64,000 nt of DNA, taken from positions 744,001 to 808,000 of the forward strand of contig JBBPEB010000003.1 in the NCBI GenBank assembly GCA_039096225.1, read 5' to 3'. Shown in pieces: positions 58,269 through 64,000 of this stretch (positions are counted from its first letter, which is position 1; every line of letters begins with the position of its first letter). Made by a program: the position numbers and the translations under genes. This DNA is from Blastocystis sp. Blastoise. Lineage: Eukaryota > Protista > Bigyra: Opalinata. The notes beneath the pieces are model-generated. The model worked only from the letters and a program-made list of their open reading frames with translations, was not told the DNA's origin and ran no database searches.

Positions 58269-58506
58269 TTTGTTTTACTAAGAATATAGTATCATAAAAA
58301 CATATCAAAATTACTTACAAATAACTTATTGACAAACAAAACACAGATCAAATAAACAAAAAAAAGAAAAAAATCAAATTCCCATAAAATTATGATTTCC
58401 ATGGAAATATCTATTTATTGAGTGTGTTTTTAATTTCTATAATTCCTATACAGATTTGATATTGTATCTAAATTATTTCTTGTCTCTATTGTACATTGAA
58501 TAACGA

Positions 58507-63479
<4,973 letters not shown>

Positions 63480-64000
63480 ATATATATTTATATTTATATA
63501 TTATTATTATACTATTTATATATATAAACTATATTTTATAGTTTATTATTATTATATGTCAAATAATAATATATAATAATAATAATTAATTGTCATATAA
63601 TTAAAAATATATTTGTAACTATTTTATTTTTCATGTTTCTATTGTTTTGTACATTATGGTATTTTATTTATTTATTTTTACTTTTTTTTATATATAATAA
63701 AAGCATTTATATATATATGAATTTATTTTTTTTTACATTTCTTTAGCTTTTCTATCATTTATATGAAAATAATATTTTTTCTCTTTAGATGTGTTTTGTT
63801 TAAATATATGATATATATATTTTTCAGTTATTATAACAATTTCTTGAGTTTAAATATAAGAGTTTTTATATATAATTTTTTCAAACAATGAAAAATAAAT
63901 TGATATATTATATAAATAATAATTTTTATGAATCTTATAAATATTTAAAAATACAAAAACACAATTATAGTATAAAACTAGATAATTATTTTTATTTACA

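Overview
Extremely AT-rich, intron-rich eukaryotic (protist) DNA using the standard code, with GT-AG introns full of (TA)n and (TAT)n microsatellites. A gut stramenopile of the Blastocystis/Proteromonas type is my guess for the organism, but that is inference only. The host genes are the 3' part of an XPG/RAD2 nuclease, a cofactor-independent phosphoglycerate mutase homologue that has lost its catalytic residues, an Asn-rich orphan gene, a BTB-TLDc gene, tRNA-Glu(TTC), a NICE-3-like gene, a YbaK-like deacylase, RAD18, exocyst Sec6, TCTP, eIF3c, Mis18 and exocyst Sec3. Nearly half the window (7938-38412, about 30.5 kb) is one CACTA-type element with CACTACGGACA...TGTCCGTAGTG ends, a TCA target-site duplication and subterminal repeats. 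I found no CACTA transposase in it. It carries decayed gene cargo, two oppositely strand-skewed low-complexity tracts and an internal 51-bp inverted pair. Nested in its left subterminal repeat is a young 7.9-kb Mutator-like element (8170-16065) with 705-bp TIRs and a 9-bp TSD. Its single multi-exon frame joins a zinc-finger/DDE/SWIM transposase to a ubiquitin-like segment and a Ulp1/C48-type protease, with one in-frame TAA between them. Exon structures were traced by hand and internal boundaries are approximate.
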